NCBI GenBank assembly: GCA_037441285.1
Contig: JBBISL010000001.1
Location: 13,880 to 77,879 of the forward strand
Source of the DNA: a candidate division WOR-3 bacterium
GTDB lineage: Bacteria; Hydrothermota; Tepidihabitantia; Tepidihabitantales; Tepidihabitantaceae
DNA length: 64,000 nucleotides
Reading direction: 5' to 3'
Positions 30,721 to 39,720 of this stretch are shown piece after piece. Under the pieces are notes generated by a model. It had not been told where the DNA came from, searched no databases, and was given only the letters and a program-made list of their open reading frames with translations. The translations under genes and the position numbers were made by a program. Numbering within the stretch: the first letter of the stretch is position 1; each line of letters starts with the position of its first letter.

Positions 30721-32046
30721 TCAGCGGCTGAGGCGTGGGCTCCAGGTTGGATATTGGGCACCGCCAGTACGGGTAATTTGTCGTTGATTGGCACCGTTCC
30801 AGTCCATCGTGTAAATTTCCCAAACGCCAGTGCGATTGGATGCAAAAGCAAGGTGCAAACCATCAGGAGACCAAACCGGGTCTTCGTTGTTGCCGGCACT
30901 GGTCAATCTCAGGTAAGTATCGCCAAGAATGTTGGTAACACAGATTTGATTCGAGCCCTCGGGCTGGCGTTGAACAAAGGCAATCAAATCGCCTTTAGGC
31001 GACCAGGCAGGTGAAGTGTTGTAGGAACCGGAAAAGGTCAATCGACGCTGGTCAGTACCATCGATATTCATTATGTAAATCTGGGGCGTGCCAGTACGGT
31101 CGGAGACAAAGGCAATTTCTCTGCCATTGGGTGAAAAGGTAGGGGAGATGTCGATTGCCGGACTGTTGGTAAGTCGGCGGATGTTTTTGCTCGTGGCGTC
31201 CATTAAATAAATCTCGGAGTTGCCTTCATAAGTGAGTGAGACGGCAACGAATTTGCCATCCGGTGAGAAGGCAGGTGTTGTGTTAAGTCCTTTGCGGTCA
31301 GAAAGTGTTGTTACCCGGCGAGAGTTAAGGTCAAGGCAGTAGATATTTAACGAACGGTCGGAGTACGAACAGTAGGCGATGCGGTCACCTTTGGGTGACC
31401 AGTCGGGATACAACTTCAGTCCACCCGACGATGTCAGTTGCTCGACTCCTCCTCCATCGTAGTCCACCACCGCCAATTCTTTGTGACCGGGACCGATGTT
31501 CCGGGAAAAGGCGATACGGGTGCAACTGACTCCATCCTCACCGGTTAAAAGCTTTATTACTTCATCTGCCATTTTATGGGCAACCCAGCGATAGTTACCG
31601 GTAAGCGAGTAACTTTTAGTTGCGATTAGTTTGGAACTGGCAAGGTCATACAGTCGCAAAACGATTCCGGTGCCACCTTTTTTTATAACAAAGTCTCCGC
31701 AGATTAGTACCTCGGCGCCGGTTGTTGACCAGCCTTTGAGGTCCGGTTTCTTCTGGTCGGTAGAAAAGTTGTAAACCTCGCCCGATTCAGGTTCTTCAAA
31801 ACTGAAGTAAAGGGAGAAGCGCAGGTCGGCTGTAAAAACATCCTGAATCGCCTTTATCAGCGCTGTGGTTTCCGGTTTTGTGCCTTTCGGAATAGTAAAA
31901 TCGGCAATGACGAGAGACATAAGTTTGCGGGTGCCAGAAAGTGTTATTTTGAGCCACAGCTCATCCGCCGAGTATGTTTGTTTCGGTGTTGTATCCGGAA
32001 CCTGATTGAGCAGGATTAAAAGAGTGGCGGTAAAGGAGAAAAACAT
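30721..32046 (-). CDS. tolB: Tol-Pal beta-propeller protein TolB
   Basis: TolB N-domain (DLRFS, AHKMADEVIKLLTGEDG) and multiple PD40 repeats (P.WSPDG/FSPDG). Start moved to ATG 32046 on the basis of signal peptide and promoter. Confidence 0.9.
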   Translation of the reverse strand: MFFSFTATLLILLNQVPDTTPKQTYSADELWLKITLSGTRKLMSLVIADFTIPKGTKPETTALIKAIQDVFTADLRFSLYFSFEEPESGEVYNFSTDQKKPDLKGWSTTGAEVLICGDFVIKKGGTGIVLRLYDLASSKLIATKSYSLTGNYRWVAHKMADEVIKLLTGEDGVSCTRIAFSRNIGPGHKELAVVDYDGGGVEQLTSSGGLKLYPDWSPKGDRIAYCSYSDRSLNIYCLDLNSRRVTTLSDRKGLNTTPAFSPDGKFVAVSLTYEGNSEIYLMDATSKNIRRLTNSPAIDISPTFSPNGREIAFVSDRTGTPQIYIMNIDGTDQRRLTFSGSYNTSPAWSPKGDLIAFVQRQPEGSNQICVTNILGDTYLRLTSAGNNEDPVWSPDGLHLAFASNRTGVWEIYTMDWNGANQRQITRTGGAQYPTWSPRLSR

Positions 32047-32166
32047 AGAAAGATGATTATAGAGGAGAAAGTTCAGGGGGTCAAGATTTATTGTTTTCCT
32101 GGTGCGTTGTGCGCAATATTCTATTGCTTTTGTTGACTCTAACTGTTCAATTGCTATAATATAGCG

Positions 32167-32445
32167 GTGCACGGGAAGGGCGGGAAATTGTTTTTGTGTC
32201 ACCATTGTGGTGGCAACGTACCCAATTACAGTTATTTTTGTCCTTTTTGTGGTCGGCGAACTAACAAAAAAAGCATTCCAGAAAAAAAACCTATCCACGG
32301 TCAAAGAAAAATGCAACGATTAATTGCACCCCTGCGCTGCAGCGCTTTTCAGCATGAACTTTTGCTTCGGCTTTTTCATTACCGGTTCTGTCCTGAATGC
32401 GGGATGGAACTTTGCTGGGGTCCGCCTGGTTTGGAACCGCTGTAG
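32167..32445 (+). CDS. Small double zinc-ribbon protein
   Basis: CHHCG...FCPFCG and C...FCPECG motifs. Near-consensus promoter TTGACT-16-TATAAT (extended -10) directly upstream. Confidence 0.65.
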   Translation: MHGKGGKLFLCHHCGGNVPNYSYFCPFCGRRTNKKSIPEKKPIHGQRKMQRLIAPLRCSAFQHELLLRLFHYRFCPECGMELCWGPPGLEPL

Positions 32446-32446
32446 T

Positions 32447-33073
32447 TTATCGAATTAATGGAAGCCAGTCGTGAAACAGGAAGTAGAAACGACCAATCAA
32501 AAGTGAGATACGAGCCATTACGGTGTAGCCAAATGAGGCACCGAATGCCACCATAATAAAAACAATTCCAATGCGGGAAAGAATTCCGAGAACCCCGGTG
32601 TGTTCTCGGGAAAAGTAGAAGTAGGTCAGAGTGGTAATAACCCCGATGTAGATTACCGCGTTGTTTAAGGTTATTAAAGGACGCAATGTGTCGGATATCT
32701 GGGGTAAGAGATAACCCTGTACACCCGCAATTAGCCCCAACCCGGCGCCGATACCGATAGTAAAAGATATGGGCCAGCGCGAAAGCCAGACCAGTTTTGG
32801 TATTGAACGCAAAAGCATTACTAGTCCAAGTAGCGCCGGGATGATAAGGATGTAGGCTTCAAAGTAGTTGCGAGCGTTGAGGTTGGTTTTGAAGGCATCA
32901 ATGAGCATCGGGTAAACATCAAATGCCCAGGCATAGATGACGGCGAAACCGGCAGAGATACCAACATAGATATGTTCGGCGGCTCGATAGAGCGGATTGT
33001 CTTTGTAGAGAAATGAGAATATGGCGATAGTTAAGGTTGCCGCAATCCAGGTGCCGATGGTATCAGAAAGCAT
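32447..33073 (-). CDS. Uncharacterised multi-pass membrane protein (gene 4 of membrane operon)
   Basis: About 6 hydrophobic segments. Motifs FSFLYKDNPLYR.AEH..VG and FGASFGYTVMAR. Confidence 0.8.
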   Translation of the reverse strand: MLSDTIGTWIAATLTIAIFSFLYKDNPLYRAAEHIYVGISAGFAVIYAWAFDVYPMLIDAFKTNLNARNYFEAYILIIPALLGLVMLLRSIPKLVWLSRWPISFTIGIGAGLGLIAGVQGYLLPQISDTLRPLITLNNAVIYIGVITTLTYFYFSREHTGVLGILSRIGIVFIMVAFGASFGYTVMARISLLIGRFYFLFHDWLPLIR

Positions 33074-33080
33074 TTTATGT

Positions 33081-33902
33081 CTACCTCTTCTTCTTTCGGG
33101 AAAGGAGAAAACCGATATTGCCGATGATAAGTAGTAAAATCAGAAGGCCATGAGCCGCTGATTGGGCGGGCATTCCCAGTGTCGCAGAGCCAGGTTTTTC
33201 AACCAGTGTTTCGTATTCTGATGCACCTTGGAGCCCACCGATTATTCCTTCAATTTGATGGGCGCTGTAATACTGAAACATCCCCGGCGCATTGACACCA
33301 GTACAACCGACAATGATTTTCTCTTTAAAACGGGCACCAGCATACTGAATCCAGGCATCGGCGACTGCGCCGTGGGCTAATGAAACAAGCAGGGCGATAT
33401 CGTGGTAGTTGTGAACATTGCGCATAAATTCGAAACTGTCAAGCGGTATCCCCCGGTAATCGGTTTTAAAAAAGTCACGAATTTCCCGCCCGATGCCGAC
33501 CATCATTGCGGCATAACCCGGGCGATAGCCAATGTTAACATAATCCTTCCCGTACACCTTCTGGTATTCAGGTGCTACCTGGTTTAAAGCAATTTCCCCG
33601 AGCGGTAAGCCAAGTGCCAGTTGTCCGGTGAGAATAACCCTAATGTTTTTTCTGAAACAGTGGCGCAATAGGGCGATAAGCATCGGTTGAACTTCAGGGG
33701 CGGAGGAAGGGTCAAAATCAATGGAAATCATTACTACCGAATTGGGCGGAAGTTGTTCGATTGCGTTGTAGGCAGCACGCACCGGCTCCGATATACGAAC
33801 GGCGATTTTGGGTTTGATTATTAAAGGAAGAATCACTATTAAAGTAAGAATGGCGTAGATAATGCGACGGTCAATTGTTGCAAGGCGTTCCCAAAGTTTC
33901 AT
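33081..33902 (-). CDS. Uncharacterised membrane-anchored protein with central soluble alpha/beta domain (gene 3 of membrane operon)
   Basis: N- and C-terminal TM helices. Motifs DFDPSS.PE.QP, YGKDYVNIGY and GLQGASEYE. Start set at ATG 33902, 1 bp from the upstream stop. Confidence 0.8.
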   Translation of the reverse strand: MKLWERLATIDRRIIYAILTLIVILPLIIKPKIAVRISEPVRAAYNAIEQLPPNSVVMISIDFDPSSAPEVQPMLIALLRHCFRKNIRVILTGQLALGLPLGEIALNQVAPEYQKVYGKDYVNIGYRPGYAAMMVGIGREIRDFFKTDYRGIPLDSFEFMRNVHNYHDIALLVSLAHGAVADAWIQYAGARFKEKIIVGCTGVNAPGMFQYYSAHQIEGIIGGLQGASEYETLVEKPGSATLGMPAQSAAHGLLILLLIIGNIGFLLSRKKKR

Positions 33903-33903
33903 A

Positions 33904-34608
33904 TCAAGATGAGAGATAAGTGCGTTCAATTCCGAGGATAATGCGCAGCGACATCGCAATTCCACCCAGGGCAAGTCCGATACCAATACCTCTCCCGGCG
34001 GCGGCTTGAGGTATTGCCATCAACCAGTCTTTTATCTGGGCAAAGAGTTCAATTCGATACAGGGCATTGAGGTCGGCGTTAGGAAAAAGAAGATGGACGA
34101 ATCGGCTGATTGACTGCCAGATGGAACTGCCAAGAGGCACATTGCCCAGCATTACCAAACAGGCGGCAATTAAAAGCAAGGTAGCGGCAAGATTCCGAAT
34201 GCGAAATGCTCGATAAGCAGCCGAGAAGATGAAAAAGGCGAGGGTGGCAAACATCGTCGCCTGCAGCGGGATAATCATATACTTGTAGAGCCACATAAAT
34301 GGGGCACGTAAAGCGAAGGGGCTGGAAAATTTCACCCAGGAATAAAGCCCAAGTCCCAGAGTTGCAAAGAGGCTTAAGACTAAAAGAAGACTGTAGAACC
34401 AACCTTTTTCACGGCGGATTACCTTAAGTAAATGGTGTCGCGTCAAAGAATCAAGCCCTAAAAGAAAGGTAAAACCAGAGATTATTGCGTACCAGTTTAG
34501 GAAACGAGATTCGAGATTACCGAAAGGTTTATGCGGTATAAAAAAGGCAACGATTAACAATAGGGCGGTAAAGAGGACAATGAAAAGCGGAATATTGCGC
34601 TGGAGCAT
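33904..34608 (-). CDS. Uncharacterised multi-pass membrane protein (gene 2 of membrane operon)
   Basis: About 6 TM segments. Motifs PLQATMFATLAFFIFSAAYRAFR and RIILGIER. Confidence 0.8.
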   Translation of the reverse strand: MLQRNIPLFIVLFTALLLIVAFFIPHKPFGNLESRFLNWYAIISGFTFLLGLDSLTRHHLLKVIRREKGWFYSLLLVLSLFATLGLGLYSWVKFSSPFALRAPFMWLYKYMIIPLQATMFATLAFFIFSAAYRAFRIRNLAATLLLIAACLVMLGNVPLGSSIWQSISRFVHLLFPNADLNALYRIELFAQIKDWLMAIPQAAAGRGIGIGLALGGIAMSLRIILGIERTYLSS

Positions 34609-34611
34609 AGA

Positions 34612-35751
34612 CTAAGAGGGTGGTGCAAACCAGTTGACAATTGCTTCGAACACCTGTTGCAGCGTTGGAACCTGTTTGTTGAAAAGCGCGGCGATGGTAC
34701 CAAAGAAGACGAGGGCAGAAATGATAACAATCAAGACCATTTTGATGAAATCTTCACCTTTGATTGTGCCCAGCATTACTGGTTCTGGTTTGAGATAGCA
34801 GGAGGCGGCGTAAATCTCTTCACCAATCATCGTGTAGTCACAAGCGGCAACAAAGAAAGGTAACTGGGTGGTTTCGGTTGTACCGGCAAGTTGAATGGCA
34901 CCTACTGTGTGTCCGGTCTCTGCAAGGATGAGGGACTCGGCATAAAAATACCCGAGCCAGAAAATCGCACCTGGGCGTTCCCGCAGAATAATACCATCGA
35001 CCCCGGCGGCGTAGCCGAACTGGTCCGAAGTCAGAAAGGTGATGTTATCCGGATTGTAAAGGTCGGGGCGACCTGCTTCGGTGTATGCCTCTTTGACCGT
35101 TTCCTGGGCTGCGGTCATTACAATCGGGTCGGAGTTAGGGACGATTAAACGGACCGCATATTCCGCAGACTTTTTGCCAATTCGACGCAAAAGCGGTAGC
35201 GCAGCGATGACTACCATATCGGTTATGTAGCCCAGACCAAAACTAAATAAAATCGGTTTGCCCATTTCTGTAGCTCGGCCCAGGGCATCATCAATTGCAT
35301 CGAGACCGCTGATTTTTCTAATAAACATCCTGATTCCTCTGCGTGCCCGTATGATATAATAGAGAAACAATGCTGAAATTATCAAAGTCAAAATTAGGAC
35401 ATTTAATCGACCGGTGTTAAACCATTGGGCACGGGAAGTTACAGGTCCGGCAATATCAGAATCTGCGGAATCGGTTGCTGAATAGGCACGGACAAGATAG
35501 TAATAAGCGACACCGTCTCTTAACAAGGTGTCGGTATCGAGATAGTCAGTACGGTTCAGAAGTTCAGCATCAACGGGCGAAAAATTTTCCGTTGGTGAGG
35601 TTGAGCGGAATATCCGAAAGCCGAGGATTGATTCCGGCGCCGGATGAGTCCATGTTATTACAATCGCCTGCCCCTGGTCATTGGGGTTGTCTTTAACTAA
35701 CACCGACGCTGGGGGTGTTAGGGCAAATAGGGTCAAAAAGAGATGTAACAT
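34612..35751 (-). CDS. Signal peptide + fibronectin type III domain + TM + DUF6754-like domain protein (gene 1 of membrane operon)
   Basis: FN3-like ITW...GFRIFRS...YYYLVRA, then IRKISGLDAIDDALGRATEMG...AESLILAETG...QLPFFVAACDY..IGEE.YA. Start ATG 35751 after AGGA and a TTGACA promoter. Confidence 0.78.
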   Translation of the reverse strand: MLHLFLTLFALTPPASVLVKDNPNDQGQAIVITWTHPAPESILGFRIFRSTSPTENFSPVDAELLNRTDYLDTDTLLRDGVAYYYLVRAYSATDSADSDIAGPVTSRAQWFNTGRLNVLILTLIISALFLYYIIRARRGIRMFIRKISGLDAIDDALGRATEMGKPILFSFGLGYITDMVVIAALPLLRRIGKKSAEYAVRLIVPNSDPIVMTAAQETVKEAYTEAGRPDLYNPDNITFLTSDQFGYAAGVDGIILRERPGAIFWLGYFYAESLILAETGHTVGAIQLAGTTETTQLPFFVAACDYTMIGEEIYAASCYLKPEPVMLGTIKGEDFIKMVLIVIISALVFFGTIAALFNKQVPTLQQVFEAIVNWFAPPS

Positions 35752-35857
35752 TAGAAGCAGTCCTGTTTTTGAGGATAGCGACAATTTTGTTTATGTCAAA
35801 TTGATTTTTCTTGACCGGAATGAATTAGCAGTTATCATATGATGAAAATTAAAGTTT

Positions 35858-37117
35858 TTGAGGCATAATAAGTTTAGTTTTGGACCACGGACCCTGCAGG
35901 TCTATTTTGTCATTGGTTTGATTGGGCTTGCTGGTGTCTGGTTTTTCTATTCTCAATTTTTGCTGCTAAGACTTTCGCGCCTGTGGCGCGATTATGCAAC
36001 TACCCTCTTGACCCAACTGGAGAACGAAACCCAGGTACGGACCAATATTTATGCCAAGTTTATGAGCCGGATAACCGAACCAGGTGAACCCGGTTCGCCA
36101 GAACTGGACATTATCTTCGACGAGGTGATTCAGAAAATCGACTTTCCGGTGGTAATTACTGACCCCAATGGAGTACCTATCGCCTATCGGAATTTGCCTG
36201 TATCTGATACAAGTCAAAGTGGACTGTTGAAAGTTGTCGCGGAACTGGACCAAGAGCACGAGCCGATTCCAGTTCTAATAAGGGAAGGTGATTCGCTGCG
36301 CTGTTTGAATGTGATTCACTATGGGGTCTCGCCTTCGACGGTAACTTTGCGGAAGATTAGCGTTAGTTTGGCAAATTCGGTGCGGCAGTTGCGTTTGTTT
36401 TCTTTTGTCCAGTTGGTTTTGTTCTTAGGCTTTATGCTCATTGGTATCTGGGGGGTTCTAACATACAAGCGGCAGGAGGAGGAGCATATCTGGACCGCAC
36501 TCGCCAAGGAAACAGCGCATCAACTGGCAACCCCAATATCTTCTTTTTCCGCCTGGCTCGAGATGCTTAAAGAGAACGGACAAAAAGAGATTGTGTCGCA
36601 GATGGAAGAGGACCTAACGCGAATGAAAGAGGTGCTTTCGCGATTCAGTCGCATCGGGTTGCCGCCCGACCTCGAGTTGCAACAGCTGGGGGATTTAATC
36701 CGGCATTCGGTTGAGTTCGTGCAGCGCCGTTCACCTCAGGGGGTGTGTTTCCAGGTCGCAATTGAAAACGACCCATTGGTTAAGGTTGATGGCGTACTTT
36801 TTTCCTGGACACTGGAAAACCTTTTGAAGAACAGTGTGGATGCGATTGGTGAACGGGAGGGCAAAGTGCGGGTGCGATTAGCTTTGACCCCAGACCACCG
36901 TTTTGCCGAAATCTCAGTTACCGATACTGGGGAAGGTGTGAAGATAGCAAAACTGTTTGAGCCCGGTGTGACCACGAAACCTTATGGTTGGGGTGTAGGG
37001 TTGACACTGGCAAGGCGAATTGTTGAAGGGTACCATCAGGGACGGTTAATTCTAAAGGAGTCACACCCGGGACGAACGGTTTTTGCCATCTATCTGCCGG
37101 TAGAAAGAGAGGAATAA
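35858..37117 (+). CDS. Membrane sensor histidine kinase
   Basis: Two TM helices, H-box AKETAHQLATP, N-box ENLLKNSVDA, DTGEG and FEPGVTTK..GWGVGL. Confidence 0.93.
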   Translation: MRHNKFSFGPRTLQVYFVIGLIGLAGVWFFYSQFLLLRLSRLWRDYATTLLTQLENETQVRTNIYAKFMSRITEPGEPGSPELDIIFDEVIQKIDFPVVITDPNGVPIAYRNLPVSDTSQSGLLKVVAELDQEHEPIPVLIREGDSLRCLNVIHYGVSPSTVTLRKISVSLANSVRQLRLFSFVQLVLFLGFMLIGIWGVLTYKRQEEEHIWTALAKETAHQLATPISSFSAWLEMLKENGQKEIVSQMEEDLTRMKEVLSRFSRIGLPPDLELQQLGDLIRHSVEFVQRRSPQGVCFQVAIENDPLVKVDGVLFSWTLENLLKNSVDAIGEREGKVRVRLALTPDHRFAEISVTDTGEGVKIAKLFEPGVTTKPYGWGVGLTLARRIVEGYHQGRLILKESHPGRTVFAIYLPVEREE

Positions 37118-38626
37118 TTGAAGATATTGTGGATTGACGATGAGATAAATCTTTTGAGACCATTTATCTATGCTCTGGAGAAAAAGGGGTATACAGTAAC
37201 AACCGCAACCAATGGACCGGATGGTCTGGCAATTTTGAAAAAGGAAAGTTTTGACCTGATTTTACTGGACCAGATGATGACCGGTATGCAAGGGCTGGAG
37301 GTACTGCGCCGGCTCAAAGAGGTTGACCCGCAGGTTCTGGTGGCAATGGTCACCAAATCCGAGGACGAGGCGTTGATAAACGAGGCGCTTGGCAAACTGG
37401 TTGATGATTTTATCATCAAACCTTTTACGCCAACCCAGCTGCTGGCGGTGCTGAAGCGGCTGCTGGAGAAACGGCAACTGATTGCCGGACATATCGCTCA
37501 GGAGTATCTTGCAACGATGAACCAGGAACGGGACTTTACTACTCCTGAGGGCTGGGCCGACTATTACCGAAGTCTTGGTTACTGGGAGACGGTACTTGCC
37601 CGATTTGGTGAAAAGTCGCTAATTGAGTTACATCAGGACCGGCGGCGCGAGGCAAATGACCGGTTCAGTCGATTTGTAGAGGAGAACTATCGCTCCTGGG
37701 TTAAAGGTTCAGGTCCAATTATGAGTCATCAGTTAATGGAAAAGATGATAAAACCGCTCTGGGAAGAGGGGCAGACTTACCTTGTGGTTCTGGATTCGAT
37801 GCGTCAGGACCAGTGGGAGGCGATTGTGCCGCTTATAAGGGATTTTCTCAATGTTGAGACCGGTTACTATTACGCAATTTTGCCGACGGCGACCCCTTAT
37901 TCTCGTAATGCCATTTTTAGTGGGCTTTTGCCCCTTGAAATTTATCGCCGGTATCCTCGTTGGTGGGTCTTTGATGAGACGGGACAAAACCGTTATGAAC
38001 CGGAACTTTTAAGTGAGTTGTTGAACCGGCTGGGGTTTAAGTGGCGTTACTCATTTGTTAAGGCATCACGCAGCGATGAATTGCAGGCGACCCGTTCTAT
38101 TCTGTTTGATAACAATCTCCGTTTGGTGGTCCTGGTTATCAACTTTCTCGACCTTTTGATTCATTCGGTCAAGTCCACCCGGCTTTTGGACGAGATTATT
38201 CCGGATGACGCGGCACTCGTCGGAACAACGCGGGTGTGGTTTTCCTCTTCACCGATATATGAACTCTTAAAGGAATTGTCCCGGCGGAATTGTCGAATTG
38301 TAGTTACCAGCGACCACGGGTTTATTCGGGTGAATCGGCCAACGCTAATATACGGCTCAAGAGAAATTTCCGCCAATCTCCGTTACAAGCATGGTGCCGC
38401 ATTGCGGGTTGAGGAACGGGACGCCTTTTTACTTCACCATCCTGAGGAGTTTTTCCTGCCGGTTGAACATCCCGGGGTGAAGTTTGCCATTGCTAAATCT
38501 GATTTCTATTTTATCTATCCGACAAAACCCCGGGAGTATGAAAAGACCTACAAATGGACATTCCAGCATGGGGGGATTTCGCTGGAAGAGATGATTGTAC
38601 CGTTTGCGGTCCTGAAGCCTCGTTAG
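37118..38626 (+). CDS. porX: PorX-like response regulator (receiver + PglZ/alkaline-phosphatase-like domain)
   Basis: ILWIDDE, LLDQMM, VTKSE receiver; ILPTATPYSRNAIFSG, TSDHG and FQHGGISLEEMIVP PglZ motifs typical of Bacteroidota PorX. Confidence 0.85.
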   Translation: MKILWIDDEINLLRPFIYALEKKGYTVTTATNGPDGLAILKKESFDLILLDQMMTGMQGLEVLRRLKEVDPQVLVAMVTKSEDEALINEALGKLVDDFIIKPFTPTQLLAVLKRLLEKRQLIAGHIAQEYLATMNQERDFTTPEGWADYYRSLGYWETVLARFGEKSLIELHQDRRREANDRFSRFVEENYRSWVKGSGPIMSHQLMEKMIKPLWEEGQTYLVVLDSMRQDQWEAIVPLIRDFLNVETGYYYAILPTATPYSRNAIFSGLLPLEIYRRYPRWWVFDETGQNRYEPELLSELLNRLGFKWRYSFVKASRSDELQATRSILFDNNLRLVVLVINFLDLLIHSVKSTRLLDEIIPDDAALVGTTRVWFSSSPIYELLKELSRRNCRIVVTSDHGFIRVNRPTLIYGSREISANLRYKHGAALRVEERDAFLLHHPEEFFLPVEHPGVKFAIAKSDFYFIYPTKPREYEKTYKWTFQHGGISLEEMIVPFAVLKPR

Positions 38627-38686
38627 TTTATAAATTGGTGTCTCAAGGTTGACTTAAAATGGATTTATTGATAAAGTTAAATCTTT

Positions 38687-39463
38687 ATGACAGCGATGCC
38701 CCAAAACGGTTTGTTTCAGGAAGTGGTCCACTGGATACATGCTGACCAGTTTTTAAAGGGTTTGCATCGGGTTAATATTTTTGTCGGTGGTTACGGTTCA
38801 GGGAAAAGTGAAGTAGCAGTGAACTTTGCCATTTCCTTAACGGAGCACGGCCGCACGGTTAAGATTGGAGATTTGGATATTGTGAATCCTTACTTCCGGA
38901 GTCGTGAAGCACGGACCGTGTTAAAAGAGTTTGGGGTAGAATTACTCTTGCCTCCACCCGAAATTATGGAGTCGGATTTACCGTTGATTCAACCGGAAAT
39001 CGTGGGTGCACTTCAGAATCCAACTGGATTTCTGGTACTCGATATCGGCGGTGACTCGGTTGGTGCCAGAGTTCTGGCAAGTATGCGGGGAAAGATTCTC
39101 GAGGATAATTTTGACTGTTTCTTTGTATTAAACTCTCGAAGACCTTTTAGCGGTACCGTCGCTGAGGTCAAGAAAATGGTTGAAGCGATTGAGCAAGCAA
39201 GCAGTGTCTTGGTGACCTATCTGGCGATTAATTCCCATTTGATTGAAGAGACGAGTCAGGAGGTAATTGAAGAAGGGATTCAACTTGCTGAGGCGGTGCA
39301 AAAGGAAATAAAGAAACCGATTGGATTTGTAGCGGTTGAGCGCCGTATGCTCAACGAATTTGATGTCAGTTGGCTTCCTTATCCGGTGCTTGTTCTTGAC
39401 CGGCAGCTTTTGAAACCCTGGGAGACAAGAGAAAAACTCGGTTCGGGAAAATTTAAACTTTGA
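38687..39463 (+). CDS. P-loop NTPase commonly found upstream of vor-type oxidoreductase operons
   Basis: GGYGSGKSE Walker A, DLDIVNPYFRSRE and DIGGD motifs. Confidence 0.8.
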   Translation: MTAMPQNGLFQEVVHWIHADQFLKGLHRVNIFVGGYGSGKSEVAVNFAISLTEHGRTVKIGDLDIVNPYFRSREARTVLKEFGVELLLPPPEIMESDLPLIQPEIVGALQNPTGFLVLDIGGDSVGARVLASMRGKILEDNFDCFFVLNSRRPFSGTVAEVKKMVEAIEQASSVLVTYLAINSHLIEETSQEVIEEGIQLAEAVQKEIKKPIGFVAVERRMLNEFDVSWLPYPVLVLDRQLLKPWETREKLGSGKFKL

Positions 39464-39471
39464 GGTGAAAT

Positions 39472-39720
39472 ATGGCAAGAAAGGCTAAGGTTACAATTGA
39501 CCGAAATCGCTGTAAAGGGTGTGAGTTGTGTGTCCGGTTCTGTCCCAAACAGGTCTTGGCGATGTCCCGAGAGATTAATGACAAGGGGTATTTCTTTGCC
39601 CAGGTGGTTAATCAAGAGGCGTGCATCGCCTGTCGTTTTTGTGGATTCATCTGTCCGGATACGGCGATTGAAATTGCCCTTGAGGTAGAAGGGGAAAAAG
39701 TGGAGGCGAAAAATGGGTAA
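39472..39720 (+). CDS. 2x[4Fe-4S] ferredoxin-like delta subunit of 2-oxoacid oxidoreductase
   Basis: CKGCELCVRFCP and CIACRFCGFICP. Confidence 0.92.
   Translation: MARKAKVTIDRNRCKGCELCVRFCPKQVLAMSREINDKGYFFAQVVNQEACIACRFCGFICPDTAIEIALEVEGEKVEAKNG

Noticed and set aside
32047-32316. Long N-terminal extension of tolB
   Set aside because: It overlaps divergent promoters and the zinc-ribbon ORF. The signal peptide begins at 32046.
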